Of a DNA stretch of 56,471 bases, positions 49,285 through 56,471 are shown piece by piece. Position 1 is the first letter of the stretch. Each line of letters starts with the position of its first letter. Where the stretch lies: positions 241,866 to 298,336 of the forward strand of contig JARIGK010000004.1 of assembly GCA_029288895.1 (NCBI GenBank), given 5' to 3'. A program made the position numbers and the translations under genes. This DNA is from Candidatus Adlerbacteria bacterium (GTDB lineage Bacteria; Patescibacteriota; Minisyncoccia; Phycocordibacterales; SBAW01). The notes under the pieces are model-generated. The model did no database searches, had not been told where the DNA came from, and saw only the letters and a program-made list of their open reading frames with translations.

Positions 49285-50775
49285 TTATTTCGTTACAACT
49301 TCGAACGACTCAATGGTGTCGCCGGCTGCTGGTTCAAAATCAATTTTAAGCATTGCGCCAAACTCGCTGCCTTTTTCTACTTTCTTGACGTCGACTTTGT
49401 TTGCCTGGAGGCCTGTGATGGAGCCGCGGCCAATTTCGATTTCGCGGCGCATGATTTTGATTTCTTCGCCTTCTGAAATTGCGCCCTCGTCGACGCGGCC
49501 GCCGAGCACAACTTTGTTTTTAACAACACTAAAGACTTTGAGGATCTTTGCCGAGCCGGTCTTTTCTTCGAGCGCTGCGCGCGGGCGGCGAGTTTCAATC
49601 TCGCTTGCGAGCCACTCCTTCAATTTGTAGATGATATCGAATGTTTGTACCGAAACACCCATGCGCTCGGCCAGCTGTGCGGCATCGCGATCTTCTTTGA
49701 CGTTAAAGCCAAGCACAAGCCCCGGGTTTGCGCCGCTGCCGACGAGTTCGACATCGCTCTTGGAAATGGGGCCTGTGCCGCGGCCAACTACGCGAACCTC
49801 CAAACGCTCGTTTTTTGGCAGCGTTTCGATTTCGTGTACTACAGCGTCGCCGGTGCCTGCGAAGTCGGTCTTAATAACAATCGGCAGCATAAGGAAAGGC
49901 CCAGCGTCTTCATCGCGTTGTGTCTGTGCAATTGGCGTTTCTTTTGGTTTTGATGCTGTTCGGATTTCTTCTTCTGCTTCTTTCTTCGTTTCAACGCAGT
50001 GCCACGCGGCACCAATCTGCGGCAGGGTAGAAAAGCCAACGATGCGAATTGGGCTGCCCGGGAGCGCCTCCTTAATTGCTTTACCCAAATAGTTTTCCAT
50101 AATGCGCACGGGCGCGAAGCTTTCGCCCGAGACAATAAACTCACCGCTTTCAACGCTGCCGTCCTGCACAATCAAAGTCGCAGTGTTACCGCGCTTTTGG
50201 TCCAAGTGTGCTTCGATGACCAACCCAGAGCCCGGCTTTTCTTCATTAGCCGAGAGGCCTTCCATCTCGCCTGCGAGCAAAATCAAATCCAACAGTTCTG
50301 GGATGCCGTCTCCCGATTTGCTCGAGACGCCAATAAACGGGATCTCGCCGCCCAAGCCCTCCAAATAGATGCCGTTTTCGAGGAGCGACATCTTTGCTTT
50401 TTCTATATCAGCGCCTGGCTTGTCGATTTTGGTAAGTGCGACGATGTACGGAATTTTTGTTTCTTCAATAAGTTTGACGGCTTCGAGCGTTTGCGGCTTT
50501 GCACCATCTTCTGCGGAGACAACCAAAATAGCGACGTCGGCAACTTCCAAACCGCGCGAGCGCATGGCGCGAAATGCTTCGTGCCCAGGGGTATCCAAAA
50601 ATGTGATGCGGTGTGTGCCGCTTGCATTTGTGTGCGTGGCCTCATACGCAGAAAGATGCTGGGTAATGCCACCTGCTTCTTTGTCGGTTGTATTGGTTTT
50701 GCGTATGTAATCGAGCAGAGTCGATTTGCCGTGGTCGATATGGCCCACGACGGCTACAATAGGTGATCGTTCCAT
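49285..50775 (-). CDS. infB: translation initiation factor IF-2, short form (496 aa, starts at the G domain)
   Basis: RSPIVAVVGHIDHGKSTLLDYIRKT, DTPGHEAF, TKIDK. The N-terminal domains are absent. Confidence 0.95.
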   Translation of the reverse strand: MERSPIVAVVGHIDHGKSTLLDYIRKTNTTDKEAGGITQHLSAYEATHTNASGTHRITFLDTPGHEAFRAMRSRGLEVADVAILVVSAEDGAKPQTLEAVKLIEETKIPYIVALTKIDKPGADIEKAKMSLLENGIYLEGLGGEIPFIGVSSKSGDGIPELLDLILLAGEMEGLSANEEKPGSGLVIEAHLDQKRGNTATLIVQDGSVESGEFIVSGESFAPVRIMENYLGKAIKEALPGSPIRIVGFSTLPQIGAAWHCVETKKEAEEEIRTASKPKETPIAQTQRDEDAGPFLMLPIVIKTDFAGTGDAVVHEIETLPKNERLEVRVVGRGTGPISKSDVELVGSGANPGLVLGFNVKEDRDAAQLAERMGVSVQTFDIIYKLKEWLASEIETRRPRAALEEKTGSAKILKVFSVVKNKVVLGGRVDEGAISEGEEIKIMRREIEIGRGSITGLQANKVDVKKVEKGSEFGAMLKIDFEPAAGDTIESFEVVTK

Positions 50776-50780
50776 ATATA

Positions 50781-51317
50781 TTATGCGCGCCCGAGCTTCT
50801 TGTGCTTGGCGACGGAGTCTTTTGCTTTTGCTATCGCGTCCCGTTCTTCTGGGGTCAGCTCGTACGTCGAGTTTCCTTTCTCGAGCGGCTTTGCGTAGAC
50901 GCCAACGTGATTGCGAGAGTAGAGAGTTGAAAGTACCACTCCAGAATGCTCTTCGTCAAGGAGCGCAATACAGAAGCTTTGGTTGCCGCCATTTCCATTT
51001 CCAGAGAATGCATTGAAACGGACCATGCCCAACCCCTGCACGCTTCCGCGGATGCGGCTTTCTGCTAACTTCAAATATTTCTCAAGCTCATTGCGGAACT
51101 GCTGCAATTCTTTGGTGTCGCGCACCAAGACCGCTATGCTTTCTTCAATTGAGCCATTTCGGCCAAGCGCCAATTTTATAAAGCGGCGGCGGATCGAAAG
51201 CAGAAGTACAAGGGCGATGAGAGAAAGCAGCAATGCACCCAGAGCGACCCAAGGTGTTGCCGCTGCCACGTAGGGCTGGATATGCATAAAAAAGGCTTGC
51301 AGAGATGCGAACGACAT
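50781..51317 (-). CDS. DUF4446 family protein
   Basis: N-terminal TM helix, then GMVRFNAFSGNGNGGNQSFCIALLDEEHSGVVLSTLYSR. Confidence 0.7.
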   Translation of the reverse strand: MSFASLQAFFMHIQPYVAAATPWVALGALLLSLIALVLLLSIRRRFIKLALGRNGSIEESIAVLVRDTKELQQFRNELEKYLKLAESRIRGSVQGLGMVRFNAFSGNGNGGNQSFCIALLDEEHSGVVLSTLYSRNHVGVYAKPLEKGNSTYELTPEERDAIAKAKDSVAKHKKLGRA

Positions 51318-51324
51318 AAAGAGC

Positions 51325-51332
51325 AGTATACT
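51325..51332. promoter_or_regulatory. palindrome AGTATACT providing overlapping divergent -10 boxes, each 7 nt from a start codon
   Basis: The 22-bp intergenic sequence is aaagagcAGTATACTgaaatta. The plus-strand TATACT (51327..51332) lies 7 nt before ATG 51340. The minus-strand TATACT (51325..51330) lies 7 nt before ATG 51317. Confidence 0.55.
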
Positions 51333-51339
51333 GAAATTA

Positions 51340-52530
51340 ATGTGGTTTAGAAAGGAGAGAATCTACGCAGATGCGGCGGCGGCAACGCCAATTTCTGCGC
51401 ATGCAAAAGAGGAGCTTGTGAGGCTTTTGGATGTGTATGGCAACGCAGGTGCATTACACAAAGAAGCGGTTGCAGCAAAAGATGAAATGGAGGCGGCACG
51501 CACAACTATCGCCGAGTCGATCGGCGCACACGCAGACGAAATTATTTTCTCGGCGAGCGGTACCGAGAGCAACAATATTGCCATCAACGGTGTGCTGCGC
51601 CCGATGCTGCAGAAGCTGGGTCCACTGCATGCTATAACACTTGCGATTGAACATCAGTCGGTGCTTGAGCCGCTGCGTGCATTGAAAGCGGAGGGTCTGT
51701 CTACAACCGAGTTTGGCGTCGACGCTGAAGGCCTGCCGTCGCTCAAAGAATTAAAGGAGGTGATTACCGATACGACGGTATTTATTTCGGTGCAGATGGT
51801 CAATAGCGAAGTTGGCACTGTGGAGCCAATACAAGAGATTGCAAAACTCATTCGCCACGTGCGCAAAGAACGAGGCGAAAATGGCTTGCCGCTCTATTTT
51901 CATACAGATGCGTCCCAGGCGCCGATGTGGCTGCCGCTTCGCGTCGAAAAGCTCGGGGTAGATTTGCTGACGCTTGATGCACAGAAGGTACAGGGCCCTA
52001 AAGGCATCGGCGCGCTCTATATAAAGAGGAGGACGGATATCTCGCCCGTAATACGCGGCGGTGTGCAAGAGCGCGGGCTTCGCGGCGGCACGCCCAACAC
52101 GCCGCTTGCAGGCAGTTTTGCCGCGGCAATGAAAGACGCTGCGAATGGGGTAGAGGCTCGTGCGGCACACACTGCAGAGGTTCGAGACTTTTTGTTTGCT
52201 GAACTAAAGAAGAAAATCCCGGACACCATTTTAAATGGTCCGACTTTTAAAGACCGTGTAGCAAATAATCTCAACATTTCTATCCCAGGGTTGGATGGCG
52301 AGATGGCTGTGCTTGGCATGGACGCAGAGGGTGTTGCTGTGTCGACCCGCTCTGCCTGCAATACCGGCGACGAAAGCCCATCCCATGTCATACAAGCCCT
52401 CGGTGTACCCAAACATCTTTCAAAAACTGCCGTCCGAATTACACTGTTGCCCACGGCAACAAAAAGAGATGCGTCTCGTATTGCAGCTGCGTTCCAAAAA
52501 ATTGCAAAGAGGTATAAAAGCGTTGTATAA
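51340..52530 (+). CDS. cysteine desulfurase (class V aminotransferase fold, NifS/IscS-like)
   Basis: IIFSASGTESNN, HTDASQA, PLP-lysine context TLDAQKVQGPKGIGALY, and active-site Cys in STRSACNTG. Confidence 0.8.
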   Translation: MWFRKERIYADAAAATPISAHAKEELVRLLDVYGNAGALHKEAVAAKDEMEAARTTIAESIGAHADEIIFSASGTESNNIAINGVLRPMLQKLGPLHAITLAIEHQSVLEPLRALKAEGLSTTEFGVDAEGLPSLKELKEVITDTTVFISVQMVNSEVGTVEPIQEIAKLIRHVRKERGENGLPLYFHTDASQAPMWLPLRVEKLGVDLLTLDAQKVQGPKGIGALYIKRRTDISPVIRGGVQERGLRGGTPNTPLAGSFAAAMKDAANGVEARAAHTAEVRDFLFAELKKKIPDTILNGPTFKDRVANNLNISIPGLDGEMAVLGMDAEGVAVSTRSACNTGDESPSHVIQALGVPKHLSKTAVRITLLPTATKRDASRIAAAFQKIAKRYKSVV

Positions 52531-52531
52531 T
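52526..52531 (+). promoter_or_regulatory. -10 box TATAAT, 8 nt before ATG 52540, overlapping the upstream stop codon
   Basis: TATAATagcaactaATG. Confidence 0.45.
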
Positions 52532-52539
52532 AGCAACTA

Positions 52540-53334
52540 ATGGACCTCGAGCAGCTAACCAAACATCAGGTAATTCTGCTCACGCTGTTGGTTGCACTCG
52601 TGACCTCCATTGCGACAGGTATTGTGACCGTGTCGCTTATGAATCAGGCACCGCAGGGTGTCACCCGTACCATCAATCAAATCGTCGAACGTACCGTGCA
52701 GACCGTCGCCCCGCCAACGCAGGGTGCCGCAGCTGCAACCGTCACGACCGAAAAAACAATCGTCGTTAAAGACGACGACCTCACGGCGCAGTCGATCGCA
52801 ACTGTGCAAAAGTCGATCGTGCGCATCACCGCAAAAGGTGGCAACGAATTGCTTGCGCGCGGCGTCATCGTAAATTCAGACGGAACCACGCTTACTGATA
52901 GTGGGGCGATTCTCGGTTCGGACGCAAAAGCTTTTGACGCAATACTTTCTGATGGCACGCGCGTCCCAGCAACACTTGTCTCGGCATCTGCGAGTACGTC
53001 GCTTGCCCGCATGAATGTCACCTTTGGTACATCTACTGCGGCAGCGCCGGCGAAGATCACGGATGTCTCCAAGCTTCGCTTGGGGCAAAGCATCATCCGC
53101 ATCGGTGGCAAAGGCACCGATGTAGTGGGTGAGGGTGTCATCGCGTCACTTCCAGGCTCCTCGAGCGTCATCGAAGCAAGCGTGACATCCGCAACGCCAG
53201 GCTCCGTGCTTATCACGCTCTTTGGTGAAATCATCGGTATTACCACAGCCGACTCGCTCGACGAAGGTAGCGATTACTACACCATCCCTGTTATACCTGC
53301 ACCCCCTGCAACCAAACCAAGTCCTAAGACGTAA
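52540..53334 (+). CDS. membrane-anchored trypsin/HtrA-fold protein lacking the catalytic His (probable pseudo-protease)
   Basis: N-terminal TM helix. RGVIVNSDGTTLTDSGAIL aligns to GSG.II..G.ILTN.HVV, and TPGSVLITLFGEIIGIT aligns to N.GNSGGPL....G.VIGI. The only His in the protein is residue 9. Confidence 0.55.
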   Translation: MDLEQLTKHQVILLTLLVALVTSIATGIVTVSLMNQAPQGVTRTINQIVERTVQTVAPPTQGAAAATVTTEKTIVVKDDDLTAQSIATVQKSIVRITAKGGNELLARGVIVNSDGTTLTDSGAILGSDAKAFDAILSDGTRVPATLVSASASTSLARMNVTFGTSTAAAPAKITDVSKLRLGQSIIRIGGKGTDVVGEGVIASLPGSSSVIEASVTSATPGSVLITLFGEIIGITTADSLDEGSDYYTIPVIPAPPATKPSPKT

Positions 53335-53361
53335 TAGTTATTAGCTAATAGAACCCACGTT

Positions 53362-56043
53362 ATGCCTCCATTCAATCACTTCACTACGAAAGCAAAAGAG
53401 GCCGTCCGACGAGCCCACGAGCTTGCGGTCGAACGCGGCCAAAATCAGGTAAGCCCAATGCATTTGTTGGGCGCATTACTCCTGCAAGAAGAATCACTCG
53501 TCGTCACCCTTGTCGAAAAATTGGAAGTCGACATGGTGCTTTTGACGGACACCGTGCTTGAAAGTCTCGATGGTGCGCCGGGCGGCTCTGTGATGTCGCC
53601 GTCCTACCAGCTCTACCTCACGCCAGAATTGGTGCAGGCACTCGAGCGTTCCGCAAAAGTTGCAACAGAATTGCACGACGAATTTGTCTCGACCGAACAT
53701 CTTTTTATCGCAACCATCGACACTGCAGGCGCTGCGCGCGAATTGCTCGCACGCTTTCGCATCTCGCGCGAGGCAGTGTTGCGCGTCCTCTCCGAGCTCC
53801 GCTCGTCTAAAGTCGCATCATCATCGGGCGAGAAGAAGAACCGCGCGCTCACCAAGTACACGCGCTCTCTCACTAAGATGGCAGCCGAGAACAAACTCGA
53901 CCCAGTCATTGGTCGCGACGAAGAAATTAAGCGCGTTATCCAGATCCTTTCGCGCCGCACCAAAAATAACCCGATCTTGATCGGCGAAGCAGGCGTCGGT
54001 AAAACTGCTATTGCCGAAGGGCTTGCCGCACGCATCGCACAAGGCGACGTGCCAGATTCGCTCCGCGATAAAGAACTTGTCTCGCTCGACTTGGGCGCAC
54101 TTATTGCAGGCACCAAGTACCGCGGCGAGTTCGAAGAGCGTTTGAAGGCAATCATGAAAGAGATCGAGCGCTCAGAAGGCCGCATCCTTCTCTTTATCGA
54201 CGAGATCCACACGATGATCGGCGCAGGTGCTGCAGAAGGCGCTATGGATGCGTCGAACATGCTCAAGCCAGCACTCGCACGCGGCGACATCCACGTCATT
54301 GGCGCAACCACGCTCCGCGAATATCAAAAACATATCGAACGCGACCCGGCCTTCCAGCGCCGCTTCCAGCCGGTGTACGTACTTGAACCAGGGCTCGAAG
54401 ATGCAACCGCAATCCTGCGCGGCCTTAAAGAAAAGTACGAACTCTTCCACGGTGTGCACATCACCGACGATGCGCTTGTGGGCGCCGTACAACTCAGTGC
54501 ACGCTACATCCCAGACCGTTTCTTGCCCGACAAGGCAATAGACCTCATAGACGAAGCGTCGTCGGCGCTTCGCATTAGCCTCGAAAATAAACCGCCGGCT
54601 TTGGAAGACGCACACCGTAAGATCATGCGTCTTGAAGTCGAGAAAGAAGCGCTCCGCAAAGAAGCATCTGAAGAGGGTACGCCTGCCAAGACCCGCACCA
54701 AGGCAATCGAAAAAGATATTGCCGATTTGAAGGAAAAGACCGGCGAGCTTGAGATGCGCTGGAAGAACGAAAAGCAGGTCCTCCTCGACATCAAAGCAAT
54801 CAAAAAAGAATTGGAATCCTTGCGCATGGAAGCAGAAGGCGCCGAGGCCAATGTCGACCTCTCGCGTGCAGCAGAAATCCGTTACGGCGAGATCCCGAGC
54901 CTCGAACGTGAGTTGGAGCAGAAGACCAAACGCCTCAAGAAACTCCAGAGCACACGCCGCATCTTGAAAGAAGAAATTACCGAAACCGATATCGCGGGCG
55001 TCGTCTCGAAGTGGACCGGCATTCCGGTGTCGCGCATGCTCGAAGAAGAGGCAGAGAAACTCTCGCGCATTGAAAGCGTGCTCCAGGGCCGCGTCGTGGG
55101 GCAGAGTGAGGCGGTGCAGAAAGTTGCAGATGCGGTTAAACGCTCGCGCGCTGGCATCGCAGACCCGAACCGCCCAATTGCATCGTTTATGTTCTTGGGC
55201 CCAACCGGTGTTGGCAAGACGGAACTTACGAAGGCACTTGCCTCGTTTATGTTCGACGACGACAAGGCACTCATCCGCGTCGACATGTCCGAATATATGG
55301 AGAAGCACTCGGTAAGCAAAATTATCGGTGCGCCTCCGGGCTACGTGGGCCACGAAGAAGGTGGTGCGCTTACAGAACTTGTCCGCCATCGCCCGTACTC
55401 TGTGCTCTTGTTCGACGAAATCGAAAAGGCGCACCCAGAAGTCTTCAACATCCTGCTCCAGGTGCTCGATAACGGTATGCTCACGGACGCAAAGGGCCGC
55501 CACGTCAACTTCCGCAACACGATCATCATCATGACGTCGAACGTTGGCGCGCAGTATATCGACAAGATGGAACAGTTGGGCTTTGCACGCAGTGCAACCG
55601 ACACGGCCAACTACGAAATGGCGAAGGACCGCGTCCAGCAGGCGCTTAAAGAGCACTTCCGCCCCGAATTTTTGAACCGCATCGACGAGATTATTATCTT
55701 CAACATCTTGGGCCCAGATGCAATTAAAGAGATCGTCGGCATCCAGGTGGAGGAGGTCGTCAAACGCTTGGCAGGGAAGCAGATTGCGCTTTCCCTTACG
55801 CCTGCGGTGTACGAGTACTTGGCAAAGGAAGGGTACAACCCGCACTACGGTGCACGCCCGCTCCGCCGACTCATCCAGGACAAGATCCTCACGAAGGTTG
55901 CATCACTCATGGTGAGCCGCGGCGTTCTCTCTGGCGGTAGCATCACCGTCGACATGAAGGGAGGCGAATTCGTCTTCGATGTCAAAAAAGGTCCGAAGGG
56001 CCGCACGAAAACCGTCGCCGCGCACGACTTGGCATCGGTGTAA
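53362..56043 (+). CDS. clpB: ATP-dependent chaperone ClpB
   Basis: Clp N domain, two AAA+ modules ([20 protein letters not shown]), a middle coiled coil and the sensor GARPLRR. Confidence 0.97.
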   Translation: MPPFNHFTTKAKEAVRRAHELAVERGQNQVSPMHLLGALLLQEESLVVTLVEKLEVDMVLLTDTVLESLDGAPGGSVMSPSYQLYLTPELVQALERSAKVATELHDEFVSTEHLFIATIDTAGAARELLARFRISREAVLRVLSELRSSKVASSSGEKKNRALTKYTRSLTKMAAENKLDPVIGRDEEIKRVIQILSRRTKNNPILIGEAGVGKTAIAEGLAARIAQGDVPDSLRDKELVSLDLGALIAGTKYRGEFEERLKAIMKEIERSEGRILLFIDEIHTMIGAGAAEGAMDASNMLKPALARGDIHVIGATTLREYQKHIERDPAFQRRFQPVYVLEPGLEDATAILRGLKEKYELFHGVHITDDALVGAVQLSARYIPDRFLPDKAIDLIDEASSALRISLENKPPALEDAHRKIMRLEVEKEALRKEASEEGTPAKTRTKAIEKDIADLKEKTGELEMRWKNEKQVLLDIKAIKKELESLRMEAEGAEANVDLSRAAEIRYGEIPSLERELEQKTKRLKKLQSTRRILKEEITETDIAGVVSKWTGIPVSRMLEEEAEKLSRIESVLQGRVVGQSEAVQKVADAVKRSRAGIADPNRPIASFMFLGPTGVGKTELTKALASFMFDDDKALIRVDMSEYMEKHSVSKIIGAPPGYVGHEEGGALTELVRHRPYSVLLFDEIEKAHPEVFNILLQVLDNGMLTDAKGRHVNFRNTIIIMTSNVGAQYIDKMEQLGFARSATDTANYEMAKDRVQQALKEHFRPEFLNRIDEIIIFNILGPDAIKEIVGIQVEEVVKRLAGKQIALSLTPAVYEYLAKEGYNPHYGARPLRRLIQDKILTKVASLMVSRGVLSGGSITVDMKGGEFVFDVKKGPKGRTKTVAAHDLASV

Positions 56044-56061
56044 AAAACTAGAATCTAAATC

Positions 56062-56091
56062 AAAACCCCTCCGGATATCCGGAGGGGTTTT
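56062..56091. terminator. bidirectional rho-independent terminator (clpB on the plus strand, tRNA-Tyr on the minus strand)
   Basis: aaaacccctccgg-atat-ccggaggggtttt. Confidence 0.85.
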
Positions 56092-56095
56092 GTAT

Positions 56096-56182
56096 TGGTG
56101 CGCCGGGTAGGATTCGAACCTACGTAGCCGCAAGGGCGCTTGGTTTACAGCCAAGTGTAATTGACCACTCTACCACCGACGC
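56096..56182 (-). tRNA. tRNA-Tyr(GUA), long variable arm, CCA encoded
   Basis: The minus strand reads GCGTCGG..CTTGG-CTGTAAA-CCAAG..variable arm..GTAGG-TTCGAAT-CCTAC-CCGGCGC-A-CCA. Confidence 0.92.
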
Positions 56183-56257
56183 ATATTTCAATTACCGCAC
56201 ATATTTGCGAGAACGCTATAAAAATACACTTTTTAAAGCCTCTTGTCGAATTTATGA

Positions 56258-56266
56258 TGGTACAAT
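56258..56266 (+). promoter_or_regulatory. extended -10 TGgTACAAT, 8 nt before ATG 56275
   Basis: TGgTACAATttttgtacATG. Confidence 0.55.
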
Positions 56267-56274
56267 TTTTGTAC

Positions 56275-56471
56275 ATGAACGCGCGGAAGCTTGTAGTGCT
56301 TTCTATTGGAATTGGTCTCGTCTCGCCACTGCTTGCCTATGCACAGAGCACCGGCCTCGTTCCCTGTGGCGCAACAACAGGCGGGAACTACACAAGCAGC
56401 TCTTTCTATCTGCAAGCCACCGGCTGCAACTTCTGCTACTTGGCCGTACTCATCCAGAACGTAGTCAACTT
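56275..56471 (+). CDS. Cys-containing pilin-type protein, 3' end cut by the window edge
   Basis: Hand translation: MNARKLVVLSIGIGLVSPLLAYAQSTGLVPCGATTGGNYTSSSFYLQATGCNFCYLAVLIQNVVN. It shows the signal peptide plus GLVPCG...C.FC..L.QN pattern I associate with CPR T4SS-pilin-type proteins. It is absent from the ORF track because there is no stop codon in the window. Confidence 0.6.
   Translation, partial: MNARKLVVLSIGIGLVSPLLAYAQSTGLVPCGATTGGNYTSSSFYLQATGCNFCYLAVLIQNVVN

Noticed and set aside
54172-55845. A 557-aa ORF antisense to clpB.
   Set aside because: It lies entirely inside a confidently identified clpB on the opposite strand. The composition is implausible (very rich in Arg, Phe, Cys, His, Leu and Val, with no motifs). 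This is a typical shadow ORF produced by the codon periodicity of a GC-moderate gene.
1-56471. Alternative genetic code (UGA read as Gly, as in Gracilibacteria/SR1).
   Set aside because: Well-conserved genes, such as the cohesin gene at 10421 and the SBP at 43186, terminate at UGA at the expected protein ends. No conserved gene is interrupted by an in-frame UGA.

Overview
This 56.5-kb chromosomal window looks like a reduced-genome bacterium of the Candidate Phyla Radiation / Patescibacteria (Parcubacteria-like). That placement is my inference from gene content. The genetic code is standard, since UGA is used as a stop. GC is in the low-to-mid 50s by eye; I did not compute it.

Housekeeping content:
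- Protein genes: murJ, lepA, an ftsB-like gene, valS, tsaD, trxB-like, ftsZ, ftsA, ybeY, rpsU, a HisRS-like gene, lepB, pth, rpsA, gyrA, rbfA, infB, a cysteine desulfurase and clpB.
- RNA genes: 11 tRNA genes and a compact RNase P RNA.

Accessory or unusual content, in window order:
1. A giant fibre-like repeat protein, truncated at the left edge (1-4446).
2. A six-gene surface locus (5466-10423). It combines two WxL-like proteins, a DUF916/DUF3324-like anchor, a dockerin protein with a Cys-rich head and an 18-Gly linker, and two C-terminally anchored cohesin proteins. This is my best candidate for an undescribed surface-assembly or host-attachment system.
3. A recurrent leaderless-gene architecture: a -10 box, often in the extended TGn form (TGnTAnnnT), 6-9 nt upstream of the start codon at 22 genes. 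One 22-bp divergent intergenic region is driven by a single palindrome, AGTATACT.
4. An AT-rich membrane-protein gene wedged between ftsA and ftsZ.
5. A GC-rich ~0.9-kb island (35334-36219) holding three autonomous mini-genes absent from the ORF track (two are below its 60-aa cutoff; the third is only over-called there). Each has a sigma70-type promoter, an SD-led start and an intrinsic terminator.
6. A 340-nt-period duplicated cassette encoding small membrane proteins.
7. An orphan solute-binding protein translationally coupled to four tandem VirB2/TrbC-like pilin genes, with a fifth pilin gene at the right edge.
8. A FemAB/GNAT-like gene embedded in a tRNA cluster, with its ATG overlapping the CCA end of tRNA-Leu.
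9. Several probable pseudo-enzymes: a His-less HtrA-like protein, a degenerate HisRS paralog and an M14-like protein with altered metal ligands.

I saw no CRISPR array, transposase, integrase or rRNA. All functional calls rest on motif recognition by eye, with no database search.
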